This document shows positions 40,074 to 53,034 of a DNA stretch of 64,000 nt, one piece after another; the stretch's first letter is position 1, and each line of letters opens with the position of its first letter. The translations under genes and the position numbers were made by a program. The DNA comes from Octopus vulgaris. Taxonomy: Eukaryota. Where the stretch lies: NCBI GenBank assembly GCA_951406725.2, contig OX597821.1, positions 36,704,001 through 36,768,000 of the forward strand. The letters are read 5' to 3'. A model generated the notes under the pieces. That model ran no database searches. It had not been told where the DNA came from and worked only from the letters and a program-made list of their open reading frames with translations.

Positions 40074-40270
40074 GTTAACCCTAAGAAACTGATAGTCGGT
40101 TGAGTTTTCCTTGTCTTTTTCCTGTTTGTAGCTGCGTGAACTGAAGCAGCAACGTGAAACGAAGCGCTTTGCACAATACTTCAACGCGCTATACGGCTTA
40201 GAATCGTAAATAGACTCTTACACTCGTGAACCTAACCGTTGACCACGCGCCTAAACGTCAATCATATATA

Positions 40271-40494
40271 GAGCTGGCAGAAACGTTAGCGCGCCGGGCG
40301 AAATGCTTAGCGGTATTTCGTCTGTCGTTACGTTCTGAGTTCAAATTCCGCCGAGGTCGACTTTACCTTTAAACCTTTCGGGGTCGATAAATAAAGTACC
40401 AGTTTCGCACTGGGGTCGATGTAATCGACTTACTCCCTTTGTCTGTCCTTGTTTGCCCCCTCTATGTTTAGCCCCTTGTGGGCAGTAAAGAAAT
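40271..40494 (+). mobile_element. SINE family B
   Basis: Near-identical to 31531-31758. Confidence 0.9.
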
Positions 40495-40506
40495 ATACAT
40501 ATATAG

Positions 40507-40545
<39 letters not shown>

Positions 40546-41120
40546 AGAGAGAGATAGAGTGAGAGATATGAAGGGAGAAAGAGAGAGTGAGAGAGATGAA
40601 GGGAGAAAGAGAGAGGCTTTCTAACAAGTTTCTACCAAGTCGTTGAGACGTTGCTTTGTTATGGCATTTTAAAAATGTAATTGTGGCAGTATGGAATTTT
40701 TTGACTCGTGGTACAGTTGTGTTACTGAAGTGTTGCGGCGATTCTATAACACCTATAAAAGTGTGTCAGCGTTTGTGCGTCCTCATATCTACGAAGTACA
40801 AGTCAATATTGCCTCTGTATGTATGTGGGTATGTCCACACGCATGTATATGTGTATGTGTACTCGTACGTACACATGCTTGTATATACATGGATATTTCT
40901 TGTCCGCTAAACCGTTGTCTATTAAATTCGATAATGGCCATTTTCTCTAAAAGTTGTGCATTCTCGGTTTATTTCAAGAGGTTAGGGAAATTAAAGAACG
41001 TCCGTGCCTGTTCTTCCCAGCTTCTCGTTGTCGAGATGAGTGGGCTCCTCATCTTAAACATAAATTCCCCTCCGGCACGGCGGCATGGATAACCTCAGAT
41101 ACACAAGCGCGTACACACAC

Positions 41121-41185
<65 letters not shown>

Positions 41186-41320
41186 TATATATATATATAT
41201 ACACACTCAGATTTCTGTCTGCTTATTTGTCTGTCTCTCTCTTCTCTCTCTCACTTTCTCGCTCTCTCTCTTGCCCACTCGCTTGCTCGCTCTCCTCGTA
41301 CACACACAAACACGACACAG

Positions 41321-41353
<33 letters not shown>

Positions 41354-41469
41354 TATGTATGCATGCGTGTATGAAAACATACACTCACATACACTTATAT
41401 GTGAGTATGTATGTATTTACGTATGTATGTATTTACGTATGTATGTATGTATGTATGTATGTATGTATG

Positions 41470-41503
<34 letters not shown>

Positions 41504-41700
41504 TGTATGTATGTATGTATGTATGTATGTATGTATGCATGTATGTATGTATTGTAGAAGAAATTATCAACTGCCAATTACAAGGGATCATATCGTTTAT
41601 AGCATATTTATAACGGAGAGAGAATGAAAATATATAAATATAGGAGAAAAACAAAAAAACGAAAGGTGAAAGGTCATAGTGATTCGAAAATACATCCTTT

Positions 41701-41925
41701 GACATGTATTTATGTCATTATTCAATTTTATTTCAAGATTTCTTGCCACTAGAGAAAGAACCGGTTTCTAACCTAGATCGAAGGTTCTTTCATTGGAATT
41801 TCAACATTAACAACAGGATATTTTTGTTTGTATGTATGTTTGCATATATGTATGTTTTATGTATGTATGTTTTATGTAATCTAATCTCATGCATATAGTT
41901 ACATATCTAGACATGTTCATATGTA
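41701..41925 (-). mobile_element. 3' UTR of the RLE-type LINE, uninterrupted copy
   Basis: Reverse strand matches 58375-58445 joined to 58985-59131. Confidence 0.8.
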
Positions 41926-41935
41926 TGTATGTATG

Positions 41936-41969
<34 letters not shown>

Positions 41970-42499
41970 TGTATGTATGTCCTGGGTATGACTTTAAGCT
42001 ACATCCGGTAGTGGAGCCCTAGCTCGAGAATTTCAGGTCTTGAGGAGCGTGGAATCACCTCTTAGGCAGCTAGGCTCCCAGCTCTACTCAGACCTGAAGT
42101 AGTGGAAGCTGCCAGCATTCCAGCTACGGATTAAATAGTATGTAACCATCTAAGCCAGAGTACGTTGTAATCATGGGATGCAGCAGGATGCACGTGAACA
42201 ACTTAGGCAGATGAACGCATTCGAGTCAATAGCGAATATCATTAGATGCTGAGCGGACGAGCATTGAAATTGTCAACTGCCAGAATGAACCAGTTCAGCT
42301 TGCGAACCATTGCTCTCATCTGTAGTTGTGGTGTGTGCAGATGAGATATTCCAGCTAGCGGGAAACTAACATGATTTATTGATCCGAACAAGTTGACGGC
42401 CATCCACACTATTTGCATTTCCTCGAATTCACTCACAAGGTTTGGATTCGCCCGAAGTTATAATAAAAGTCACATGCCTCTTATTTGTTACAATTTAAC

Positions 42500-42812
42500 G
42501 AGGCTGTGGTTAGAGCGTCGAGCTTACGATCATGAGCTCGAATCCCTGACCGGGTTGGGTGTTGTGTTCTTGAGCAAGACCCTTTATTTCAAGATACTCT
42601 TGTTCACTCAGCTGTAGAAATGAGTTGCGACGTCACAGGTGCCAAGCTGTATTGGCCTTTGCCTTTCTCTTGGATAACACAGGTGGCGTGAAGAGGGGAG
42701 GCCGTTATGCATGGGCGACTGCTGGTCTTCTATAAACAACCTTGCCCGGACTTGTGCCTGGGAGGGTAACTTTCTAGGTGCAATCCCATGGTCAGTCATG
42801 ACCGAAGGGGAT
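42500..42812 (+). mobile_element. tRNA-derived SINE (head type 2, tail type Z)
   Basis: gttgtgttcttgagcaagaccctttatttca..cactcagctg is shared with 2011-2140; the 3' half differs. Confidence 0.7.
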
Positions 42813-42847
42813 CTCAGAGGGTAGTAGTATAACTTGTTCTCTTTTCT

Positions 42848-43225
42848 AAAAGTCTGGCTGCATCCGAAAAAATATATATTATGAAACAAAAATAAACACA
42901 AAACTTATTACACGAATCTGTTACCACCACGACAGTCAACTATTTGACGCCGAACACAAGTTTGATGTTGAATACATCCATGAATTTTCCGTTCAGATAG
43001 CTCTTCCCAAGACTGCAAGACGGCTTCGTGCAATTCATGCCTCGTTTTAGGGTTTTTCAGTTCAACTTTATCGGCCAAAACTTTGAAAATGCCTTCATCT
43101 AATGGATTCCACGTGTAAACATGTGTTGAATAGAACTCACTGAATAAATCTTAATTAACTGTGTTGTCAGTTGTATGCACCTAACATATGCTAACGTGTA
43201 TGCAGCCAGACTTTTCACACAGAGG
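42848..43225 (-). mobile_element. Tc1/maT-like deletion derivative
   Basis: Inverted ends aaaagtctggctgcat/atgcagccagactttt. Reverse strand gives NPLDEGIFKVLADKVELKNPKTRHELHEAVLQSWEEL...IVDCRGG (transposase C-terminus). Confidence 0.75.
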
Positions 43226-43531
43226 ATACCTATGCAGCATCCATTTCATACACCGAAGTTTGCACAAATTATTTTCGATTTTATTTTCGATAAAACTACA
43301 TTTAACTCATTTTATATTGTTTTACGGAAGTAGCACCAGATAAGTGTCTTTATCTCTTTTGCAGATATTATCTTTGCACCAAAGATCGAAATGTATACGC
43401 TGATTGCAATAAATACTTTCCAAGCAGCAAATAAAGAATATCATTGTCATCACCACTGCCACCACTATCATCACCGTCGTCGTAGTAGTAGTGAGTCTCG
43501 TCGAGTCAGCAGCAACCGCCGCGATGACGAC

Positions 43532-43738
43532 TCTTTTACTTGTTTCAGTCATTTGACTGTGGCCATGCTGTAGCACCGTCTTTAGTCGAACAAATCGACT
43601 CCTGGACTATTCTTTGTAAACCTAGTACTTATTCTATCAGTCTCTCTTGCCGAACCGGGGACGTAAACACACCAGCATCGGTTGTCAAGCGATGTTGGGG
43701 GGGGACAAACACAGACACACAAACATATACACACACAT

Positions 43739-43784
<46 letters not shown>

Positions 43785-43938
43785 GACAGACTTATTACAG
43801 TTCCCGTCTACCAAATCCACTCACAAGGCTTTAGTCGGCACGAGGCTATAGTAGAAGACACTTGCCCAAGGTGCCACGCAGTGGGACTGAACCCGGGACT
43901 ATGTGGTTCATAAGCAAGCTACTTACCACACAGCCACT
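43532..43938 (-). mobile_element. SINE family A
   Basis: Reverse complement of family A. Confidence 0.9.
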
Positions 43939-45066
43939 ATGAAGATGACATCGGCCAGTAAAAACTAATCAACAACAATAATAAGTACCAAGAAGTAGCA
44001 GCCAATTGTCCCTTATGTCACAAGCGCTTCAAGAAAGAAAGATACATTAAAGAATGATTAGTTCTATATATACAGCAAGATGGTTGTGGCTAAAACGCCT
44101 TTCATCATAGGTCGGTTCGACTGTAGTTAACCTTGGATTATATAGCAATAAGATCACCAAAGAGGTGTATCAATAAAATAATCGAATCCAAATAATCACT
44201 TTTACTATTGACAAAATAAATCTTATTTTCAACAAGGAGGGAACTATTACAATAAATGAAGGCGGTGGGACAGCATTAAAAGTAGATTGTCCAACTAAAT
44301 GCCTTACCTTTATTTAGTTACGTCCTGTTGAGGCTTACGTTATCATATACATACCTCCGGGGTCGCCGATATTGTTGCTTTTACCTTTTGTGGTTTTGTG
44401 CCAAAGTTTAAGAATCTTGGCAGAATCGATAGAAAATCAGGCAAAATGGCGGTATTTTCGTCCCATTCCTTTTACGTTTTTTCAAACCCCGCCGAAGTCA
44501 GATTTACCTTTTTAATCTCAGAGTTCGATAAAAAAAATAAAAACAGTCAAATACTGGGATCGATCTAATGGTACGCTTCTCCACATTGTGTGGTTTTCAG
44601 CCTATATTAGACGTTATTGTTGATATCTTTATCAAAAGGCGTAATAGCTGGCATTAAAGCTTTATAATTAATTGAAGTTTATCGGTGTGAATAAGTTTTG
44701 TAAACGTGAGGAACGGAAAAATCTGATATTTTAGGTCCAGGTCCTCTATTGAGGATCCCTAATTTGAAACGTTATTTCCTCTCCTCATGAAAATATTATT
44801 AACACTTTCAAACTCTGACTTATTTTAACCATTGCTGTCGACGCAGAACCTGGCCAGTGTCACTGGGTTCCAGATTTTACTCTTGATATAATTGATTTAT
44901 AACAGACACAACCCTCAACTCAGTCATGAGTGTAGTACTCGATTGATACTTATTTTATCGGCCCCGAAAGAATGAAAGACAAAATCGAACTCAGCGAGAT
45001 TTGAACTCAGGGCGTTAATGTATGCAACTAAATATCGAAAATTAAATTATTTTGTCTATCACTGGT

Positions 45067-45451
45067 GGAAGCACTCCGTCGGTTACGACGATGAGGGTTC
45101 CAGTTGATCCGAATCAACGGAACAGCCTGCTCGTGAAATTAACGTGTAAGTGGCTGAGCACTCCACAGACACGTGCACCCTTAACGTAGTTCTCGGGGAT
45201 ATTCAGCGTGACACAGAGAATGACAAGGCCGGCCCCTTGAAATACAGGTACAACAGAAACAGGAAGTAAGAGTGAGAGAAAGTTGTGGTGAAAGAGTACA
45301 GCAGGGATCACCACCATCCCCTGCCGGAGCCTCGTGGAGCTTTTAGGTGTTTTCGCTCAATAAACACTCACAACGCCCGGTCTGGGAATCGAAACCGCGA
45401 TCCTATGACCGCGAGTCCGCTGCCCTAACCACTGGGCCATTGCGCCTCCAC
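45067..45451 (-). mobile_element. tRNA-derived SINE (head type 1, tail type X) with 12-bp TSD
   Basis: Head ggaggcgcaatggcccagtggttagggcagcggactcgcgg..gtttcgattccc; TSD tctatcactggt at 45055-66 and 45452-63. Confidence 0.92.
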
Positions 45452-45619
45452 TCTATCACTGGTAATCAGTCTGCCAATAAATTACGGAACGTTTATTTTT
45501 ATTGATGCTACACCGAACAGTTCCTTACATTATATCCTTTACCATCCGCAAAAGTGGATGGTAGAAGTAATGAAATCATGTAAGGGTCAACGTAAAATTT
45601 TCCATGTAGCCACAGTATC

Positions 45620-47560
45620 TGATAAAAATAGCAGCAAAATAACTATCAAATGATGTCCTACCAACTTAAAACGTCAGAAAAGATGACGTGACAGTCACGA
45701 CTGAGGCGTCTTTGATCATAGGTATTGCTCAATCTCTGATGACCTGGAGCTAAACAACAATATCCTTTTTGAGCCAACGGGGAAACCTCTTCACGGTTGC
45801 TGGCCCACTCTAAAATCACACCCTACCGTCTTAAAACGGGAATGACAGGTTAGATAATGTGGTCCTTGATATACTGTACCTGAATAAAGACGAATGGCTA
45901 CGACTGGAACGTCTTTGATCATATGCTTTGCTTGGTGCGTGTTAATCCAGTGTAGAAGAGCAACAGCAGTGATAATTATAACAGCTTCACATCTTTTTGT
46001 ACTCAATTCGCATATCGCCGGCGGCTATGGAAATCCCAATCTCCTTCTCTTAGGCCTCGCAGCGTTCGTTCCCATCAAACAATGACGTCTGCAGCCACCC
46101 GCTGTGATGTACAGACAGCAGCTGGCTATACTTATTTGCTTGTCTGTTTTAGAAAATGCGTTTGCGCTTCATAGGTGTGTATTAAATACCAGATGTCGCT
46201 TATGTCGTACACTGTTGCACCAAAACGACACACAATATGACTTCATATACCGTGACCGTAACAAGCAGCATTATCACCATTGTCAACATGACGAGAAGAA
46301 AATATCTCAAGCGAGCAATATCTGCATTTTGAGTACACAAGCAATTGGGTCTCACATTTGTAATATAATGAATATAAAACAGAGATTACCCATGCAATTA
46401 ATCCATAAAAACTTTCTTAGGGTATTTTTAAAATCTAAAAATAAGGAAGGTAACTTACTCAAGCAATATAAGTTAATCAAAATTTCATCGCTTTTAATAT
46501 CACTATCAGCACATCAATACTTTCTCTGTCGTTATCTTCACCCTCATCATTACCACCACCGTGAGAAACAACGATCCAACGTGACGCTTTAATGGTGTTA
46601 CTCGATCTCATAGTAATAGCAACCAAATTTCTTCAAATCATTTGCTACTTTCTGAAGTATAGAAATAATACGTCAGATGAAATGATATAAAATGCCTCTA
46701 AAACAATATGGCGATGGTCAGTGCTATCATGTGGGCTAGGCAACAGCATCACCTACCCTGTCGCTTCCACCATCTTTGTCTCTATATGGTAGTTAAACAA
46801 GCAAGAAATAGCAGCCTACCTCCTTCAAATCAAACACCATCTTCTTAAAAGACACATAGGCAGATATATTTCTAGATATGGTATGCTTAAAATAAAACGA
46901 GTTGAACTTGATCAAAATACCTTTGACTATAGGTCTGCTTGATCAAGATGACCTATGGCCAAATACCACGCGGAACACCATCACACTTCAATCCAATGAG
47001 AAATAGAATGCAGATCTCCCTCAACATGACAAGAGCAACAATAAGCATGACAAGAGCAACAATAATAACAACAACGCTAACAATATCTGCGACAAAACGT
47101 TATCATCATCATCATCATCATCATCACCAACTAACAAGAAGTCCTCTACAGGAAGCGAGGTGCTGAAAAGTCCCTGGCTTTGGATAAAAGAAAATTCAGG
47201 AGGACCAGTTAATTATGATTTTATCCACCATAGTCCCCTCTCAGATTCACACATGTATTGTAGTGATCCTTCAGTTTTTCTAAGCCCTGTAAAAGAAATC
47301 GGATGGTCGGGCGTCTAACCAGGCTTTTCACAATAACCTTAAAACCAGGAAATTTTCAGCACCCCTTCGTATGTGGTCGATCAACCCGTTAGAAATAGCG
47401 GTCAGTTACATTTTATCATCTTGCAAGAAGACATATTGAATGATATAACCCTAAGGATGCTATATCTGAAAATAAGGCAGCCTGGCTATGAATAGAATAA
47501 CTTTGGTCGAGTTTGCTCAATCGAGTCAAGACTGAAACTATACAACTTCATCAAAGCAAC
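45620..47560 (+). repeat. Cluster of five old, co-oriented copies of a roughly 150-bp dispersed repeat
   Basis: aaatagcagc..caaatca...ctttgatcataggt..gacct..aacaac motif near 45620, 45790, 46610, 46800 and 47390; related copies near 6720, 37230, 43990 and 62320. Confidence 0.6.
47147..47371. mobile_element. Mariner-type MITE
   Basis: ggtgctgaaaagtccctggcttt / aaaaccaggaattttcagcaccccttcgta inverted ends. Confidence 0.75.
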
Positions 47561-47744
47561 CATTATCATCGCAATGACCTGAACAGGCTTCACTGATGAG
47601 CGCTGAAAAGCATAAGAGAAGAAATGTTGTGAGGGCTGAGACAGTGATCCTCTCAAGAAAGTCTTCCCAATGTACCCTCTGAATGTTAGTGGAACTTCAT
47701 TGAGGCAAGTGAAGTTTATATCTATTGGAGTCGTAATCAAGAGT

Positions 47745-48048
47745 TTTGTTAGTTCCTTCTCGAGTCATGCCTGGCTCATAAGGGCCGGTTTCCCTGTTTC
47801 TTGGCGTATAGGATTCCCCACCTGGACGGGACGCCGGTCCGTCGCAGCTGAGCTGCAAGATGCAGGAGGAAAGAGTGAGAGAAAGTTGTGGCGAAAGGGT
47901 CAGCAGAAGTTCGCCATTACCTTCTGCCGGAGCCGCGTGGAGCTTAGGTGATTTCGCTCATTAACACACACATCACCCGGTCTGAGATTCCAACCCACGA
48001 TCCCTCGACTGCGAGTCCGCTGCTCTAACCACTAGGCCGTGTGCCTCA
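47745..48048 (-). mobile_element. tRNA-derived SINE (head type 1, tail type Y)
   Basis: Homologous to 61527-61825; tail fragments also near 29880-29970 and 35455-35545. Confidence 0.85.
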
Positions 48049-48069
48049 ACAATCAAGAGGGATATGTAT

Positions 48070-48458
48070 CAGGCGGTTGGATTGGATGTTTGAAATGCAG
48101 TTACTGGAACACTAATTCGCGAGCTCCAGCATTTGTTTTTCAGGAGAGGAGAGGTTGGTAAAAACGCCAAATTTGCTATCTCCAATTTGATTTTCGTGCC
48201 TATCCTCACTTATTCTCACGAATGTTGGGTAACGACCAACATAGCACGATGGCCAATGTAATTGACTGAAATAGGGTTCCTTCGAAAGATCTCTGGGATA
48301 AGGGACTCGACAGGGTGCGTAAGTCGGAGATCAGGGAGTCTCTGCATTGAGAGGTAACAGCTCCGGAACTATAGACGTGTGCTTAGAAGGTCGCGGGGAA
48401 AAAAATTGCAAAACGGATTCTTCAAACAGAGCCAACCAGTGGGAGACCTAATGGTAGA
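48070..48458 (+). mobile_element. RTE-clade LINE fragment (post-RT region)
   Basis: AKFAISNLIFVPILTYSHECWV...EIGFLRKISG..LDRVRKSEIRESL...QLR...GRPNGR. Confidence 0.8.
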
Positions 48459-48757
48459 TTTTGACGTCTATATCTAGCATACAGGCTATCCACTTTTAGT
48501 GGTCAATCCTCTAAATTTTGTATGTAAAAAGGTTTTAATACAGTGAGACTGAACTCGGAACCATGTGGTTGGAAGCAAACTTCTTCCTACACAGTCGCGC
48601 CTATAATGATGTTTGCTTTTCATTTGGTAATGGTTGCTTTTCTACATCTCATGAAACTCACAACGCATGCACACTCACAAGAACATACTCTATCTCTCTT
48701 TCTCTCTCTATTTCTTTCTCTCTCTCTCACTCTCTCTTTCTATCTTTCTTTCTCTCT

Positions 48758-48798
<41 letters not shown>

Positions 48799-49256
48799 CT
48801 CTCCTTCTTTCTCTCCATGCTTCAAATCTACCATTCGTCTCTTCTTTATTCACACGCACACATACACACATACATAAGCAAACTGTACGTCTCGTCCTCT
48901 CTCTTTCACTTTCTTCCTCTCTTTATTGATTTGTTTTTATTTATCCCTAGCTCATTAAACATTTTATATACATGTTTTTTTTACAATGGAAACTGCAATG
49001 TCACTACCGAAAGTCATGAGGTCACGTCACACGAATGACATTTCTCAGCAAACTCACACATATATATTTAAATTCCCATTCCAAAGATTACACCTACACA
49101 CGCAGACATTCACAGAATATCAAATATATGCAGCAGACAGGCATATAAACACATGTTATTTATTTATCACACAAACATAAATTACTTATAAATAAATATT
49201 TATTATTATTCTTAACGCACGTATATATCATTATATAGACAGAGTCACACACACAC

Positions 49257-49301
<45 letters not shown>

Positions 49302-49536
49302 CTTATAAATGCATATGTATATATATATATGCATGTATTTATATATGTGTGTGTGTGTATCTATATATGTGTGCGTGCATATGTGTTTGTGGATGTTTGT
49401 GCTTGTATGTGTGTGCGTATGTGTGTATGTGTGAGTATGAATCTATCTATCTATATATATATGTGTGCGTGTGTGTGTGTATTCAGGATTAAATAAAAAG
49501 AAAACAAACAGAAAATTTGACATACCTATATATATA

Positions 49537-49787
49537 TATACAAAATGGGACAACAAAACATCCAGATAGACGATACAAAGAAAACAAGGACGGGTCATTC
49601 GAAGTTTTCTTTCCTCAGTCGAGTACCAGATTATCTTCGCAATTTCGGCTGGATACTCGTCTGAGGAAAGAAAACTTCGAATAACCCGTCCTTGTTTTCT
49701 TTGTATCGTCTATCTGGATGTTTTGTTGTCCCACTTTTGTATACCCTAACTGTCCGGATGTTTTGCGTTCTCGTCCCATTTTGTATT

Positions 49788-49790
<3 letters not shown>
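49537..49790. mobile_element. Fold-back insert (arms 49537-49625 / 49654-49743) between (TA)n tracts, with a partial rearranged HHR
   Basis: About 89-bp inverted arms; - strand reads ccagcc GAAA ttgc...tactcga CUGAGGA aagaaaac. Confidence 0.75.
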
Positions 49791-49838
<48 letters not shown>

Positions 49839-50193
49839 CGGCGTACGTACACTTTGGTTTCTTATATATATAATTTAAAAAAACGTGTTGTAAATAAACA
49901 AACATATACTACATACATATAAATATCTACGTATATGTGGATATATACGTGAATATATATAGAGATATATATACACACACATACAAGCACATACATACAT
50001 ACATACATACATACATACATACATACATACATACATACATACATACATACATACATACATGGGGTGGGGGCTGTAAGTCTACCATCAATGTAATGCTTCA
50101 AAATTCCTCCGACTTTCACCTTGCTGTTTCAATCATCGGAAGTGGGAACGATCAAAAAAACGATGTACAGACCAGTTGCTACTTGATCTATAC

Positions 50194-50394
50194 CAGTGCT
50201 TTTCAACCTTTTTGCTGGAGCGGAACCCCAAGGAAACATTCCACAGGCTCGAGGAACCCCTGTGCAATAATTTAATAGTCTTATGCACACATATCTGCAC
50301 AGGAGAATTAAAAATTACTGCCGATTTTAGCAGTTTTGTAACTTCTTGCGGAACCCCTGGACTGTGCTGACGGAACCCTGGTTGAAAACCACTG
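50194..50394. mobile_element. hAT (Charlie-like) MITE
   Basis: TIR cagtgcttttcaacc/ggttgaaaaccactg; TSD atctatac/gtctaaac (6 of 8 match); cggaaccc subterminal repeats. Confidence 0.85.
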
Positions 50395-50640
50395 GTCTAA
50401 ACAATCAATGATAGCCCCGCTAAAATGAATAACATTTTCTAACCGTTAGACACCGCCGTTGCTGTTGCTATTGCTGTTGCTATTGCTATTGTCATAGTGA
50501 GGTTATGTGGCTAGGATGCATCGCTAGAGACTCGTAGATTTTACTTCTGCTTTTTACGGGCTAAATTCCACTAAAATGAGATTTCTTCAGGAGTGAAGTA
50601 CAGGAGTCAATATACTCGACTAACCCCTATCCCCAAATTT

Positions 50641-50675
50641 CTGATGATGGCCTAAATGACCGAAACTTTGAAGTC
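50641..50675 (+). ncRNA. Hammerhead core lacking stem I
   Basis: CUGAUGA t ggcctaaatgacc GAAA ctttgaa GUC. Confidence 0.45.
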
Positions 50676-50807
50676 CCTGTCAGTCAATACTATACTAATT
50701 AAAGGATAATAAATTAGTGCTTTACAAAAAGTATTGAGTAATATCAGTTTAATGCGAAATTGGCTTTATTATAGCTTAACATAAAAACAAACACTAATAT
50801 AGCTATA

Positions 50808-50998
50808 GGTGCATGCATGGGTGTATGGTAAGAAATTTGCTTCCCAACCACATGTTTCTGGGTTCAGTCTCACCGAGCAGCATCTTGGACAAGTGTCTTC
50901 TGCTATAGCCTCGAGCCAATCAAAGCTTTGTGAGTGAATTAGGCAGCCGGAAACTGAAAGAAACCCGTGGTATATGTATATGCGTGTGTGTGCGTGTG

Positions 50999-51044
<46 letters not shown>

Positions 51045-51215
51045 AGACTTTGTGTCTGTCCCCACCACTACCACTGCATGACAACCGGTGTTGGTATGTT
51101 TACGTCCCAGTAACAAAAAAAAAGAAGAAAAAGAACTGGGGTCGATTTATTTGACTAAAAATATTTGAAGGTGGTGCCCCGGCATGGCCGCGGTCTGGTG
51201 GGTAAAACAAATAAG
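50808..51215 (+). mobile_element. SINE family A, diverged
   Basis: cccaaccacatgtttctgggttcagtctcac...ggtggtgccccggcatggccgcgg. Confidence 0.8.
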
Positions 51216-51282
51216 CAGAAAAAAGCTAAATGATGTGTGTGTATGTTTGTGTGTGTGCGCGCGTGTTTGTGTGTGTGCGCGC

Positions 51283-51345
<63 letters not shown>

Positions 51346-51733
51346 TGTGAATGTACACATGTATATTTCTATGTATTGTGTGCGCTGGTGTTCAAATCAT
51401 TCGCCACTCTCCTGAATTCAAATTCACTCATTCTCTCTTTCTTTCTCTTTTACACCCATATATCCCTCTCCCCCCACCCCACCACCACCACCGCCAACTC
51501 ACTGCACTTTTCACCCACCTCTATTCAATCGTCACTCTTATTTACATGTCCATTTATCTGAAGTCATCCATCTAAATATACTACTAATAGCTTGCGAAAC
51601 TTTCCTGAGCTAAAAATATGATGTCTTTTGAAAAGAATAATAAACTAGTTAAAGCAGGTTAGTCGTGCTGTTTTATCTCATAAGAAACGCAGCCCACCCC
51701 TAACGTTATATGGGTAACTGAGTCTGTATGTGT

Positions 51734-51780
<47 letters not shown>

Positions 51781-51959
51781 TGCGTGTGTGTGTTTGACCT
51801 TCCCCACCCAGGTTCTTTGTATACTTTTCTTTTCTTTACAGTTCAATGTAGTATCACATTTCAAGAGAATTTGTTTTTGAGCTTCCTTTTACATCGTTAA
51901 TCATTGACAAAATTATTAGAGGGTGTGTAAATACATACATACATACATACATACATACA

Positions 51960-51991
<32 letters not shown>

Positions 51992-52118
51992 CATACATAA
52001 GCATATCTGCATGTATATGCTCACGCACACATACATGTACATATGTATATCTAGATATAAATGAATATATGTATACACACGCATACATATACACATATAT
52101 ATATTTATACATACATAA

Positions 52119-52149
<31 letters not shown>

Positions 52150-52174
52150 CACATAAATATATATATATACATAA

Positions 52175-52280
<106 letters not shown>

Positions 52281-52434
52281 GTGCACATACATGTACATAT
52301 GAATATATATACTCATATAAACGTATACATGCATACACACATACACGCGTATCTGCTAGTGAACGTGATCTGGGTTGGACACATCGATGCTCAGACGTCT
52401 GGCAAATAACTTGGTAGACACCCGCAAGATTACA

Positions 52435-52934
52435 TTATTTAGATTATTTATATTTGACGGATATCAGTCGTTAACACAACGTTAAAATAATAGACAGAGA
52501 ACATCACTGGAAAATCCGAAAACTAAAAGAAGCAGTACATATGCTAGGACACAACAACCTTCTAAGCAGACCGAGTGCAGATATGAGTGTCATATGGGAA
52601 CCGGTACTACGGAAGGATAGATACCCTCCATCCTCCATTAGGTGTCTTGGGGAACCTGGGTTCCCATTCGATATTATTTTATTATTATTATTCAGGTCAC
52701 TGCTTGGAATCGAACTCGGAATGTTGGGGTTAGTAGCCATATGCCCGTGGGCAATTATGGAGTGAATTTTAGGGCTTATCAATTTAATATTTTTCAATCC
52801 TTCCTTAATACCAGTTCCCATATGCTGCTTATATCTGCACTCGGTTTGCTTAGGAGGTTGTTGTGTCCTAGCATATGTACTGCTTCTTTTAGTTTTCGTA
52901 TTTTCCAGTGATGTTCTCTCTCTATTATTTTAAC
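52435..52934 (-). mobile_element. PLE 3' end (GIY-YIG C-terminus, tRNA-like segment, split HHR) with inverted duplicate
   Basis: VKIIDREHHWKIRKLKEAVHMLGHNNLLSRPSADMSVIWEP on + 52481-52619, with a near-identical copy on - 52934-52797. B box gttcgattcc at 52706-15 (-). Confidence 0.8.
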
Positions 52935-53034
52935 TTAATCCCACAGGTGGGGGGGTCTCCGATTTTCCATACATGACTAACTATACCCGATTTATCAGTA
53001 TCTCCTCGTGTCACAGCTTTGTGCTGTTCGTCGG

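Noticed and set aside
41980-42140. Possible RTE 5' UTR or HDV-like ribozyme
   Set aside because: I could not assemble the nested double pseudoknot by eye; needs a descriptor search
45380-45451. tRNA-like sequences (also at 2011 and 61527)
   Set aside because: SINE heads that continue into SINE bodies; no complete acceptor stem or terminator
46104-46592. 162-aa ORF in unique sequence
   Set aside because: GTG start, no domain, and composition not gene-like
47590-47615. ctgatgagcgctgaaa
   Set aside because: Stem II too short and no stem I or III, so not called an HHR
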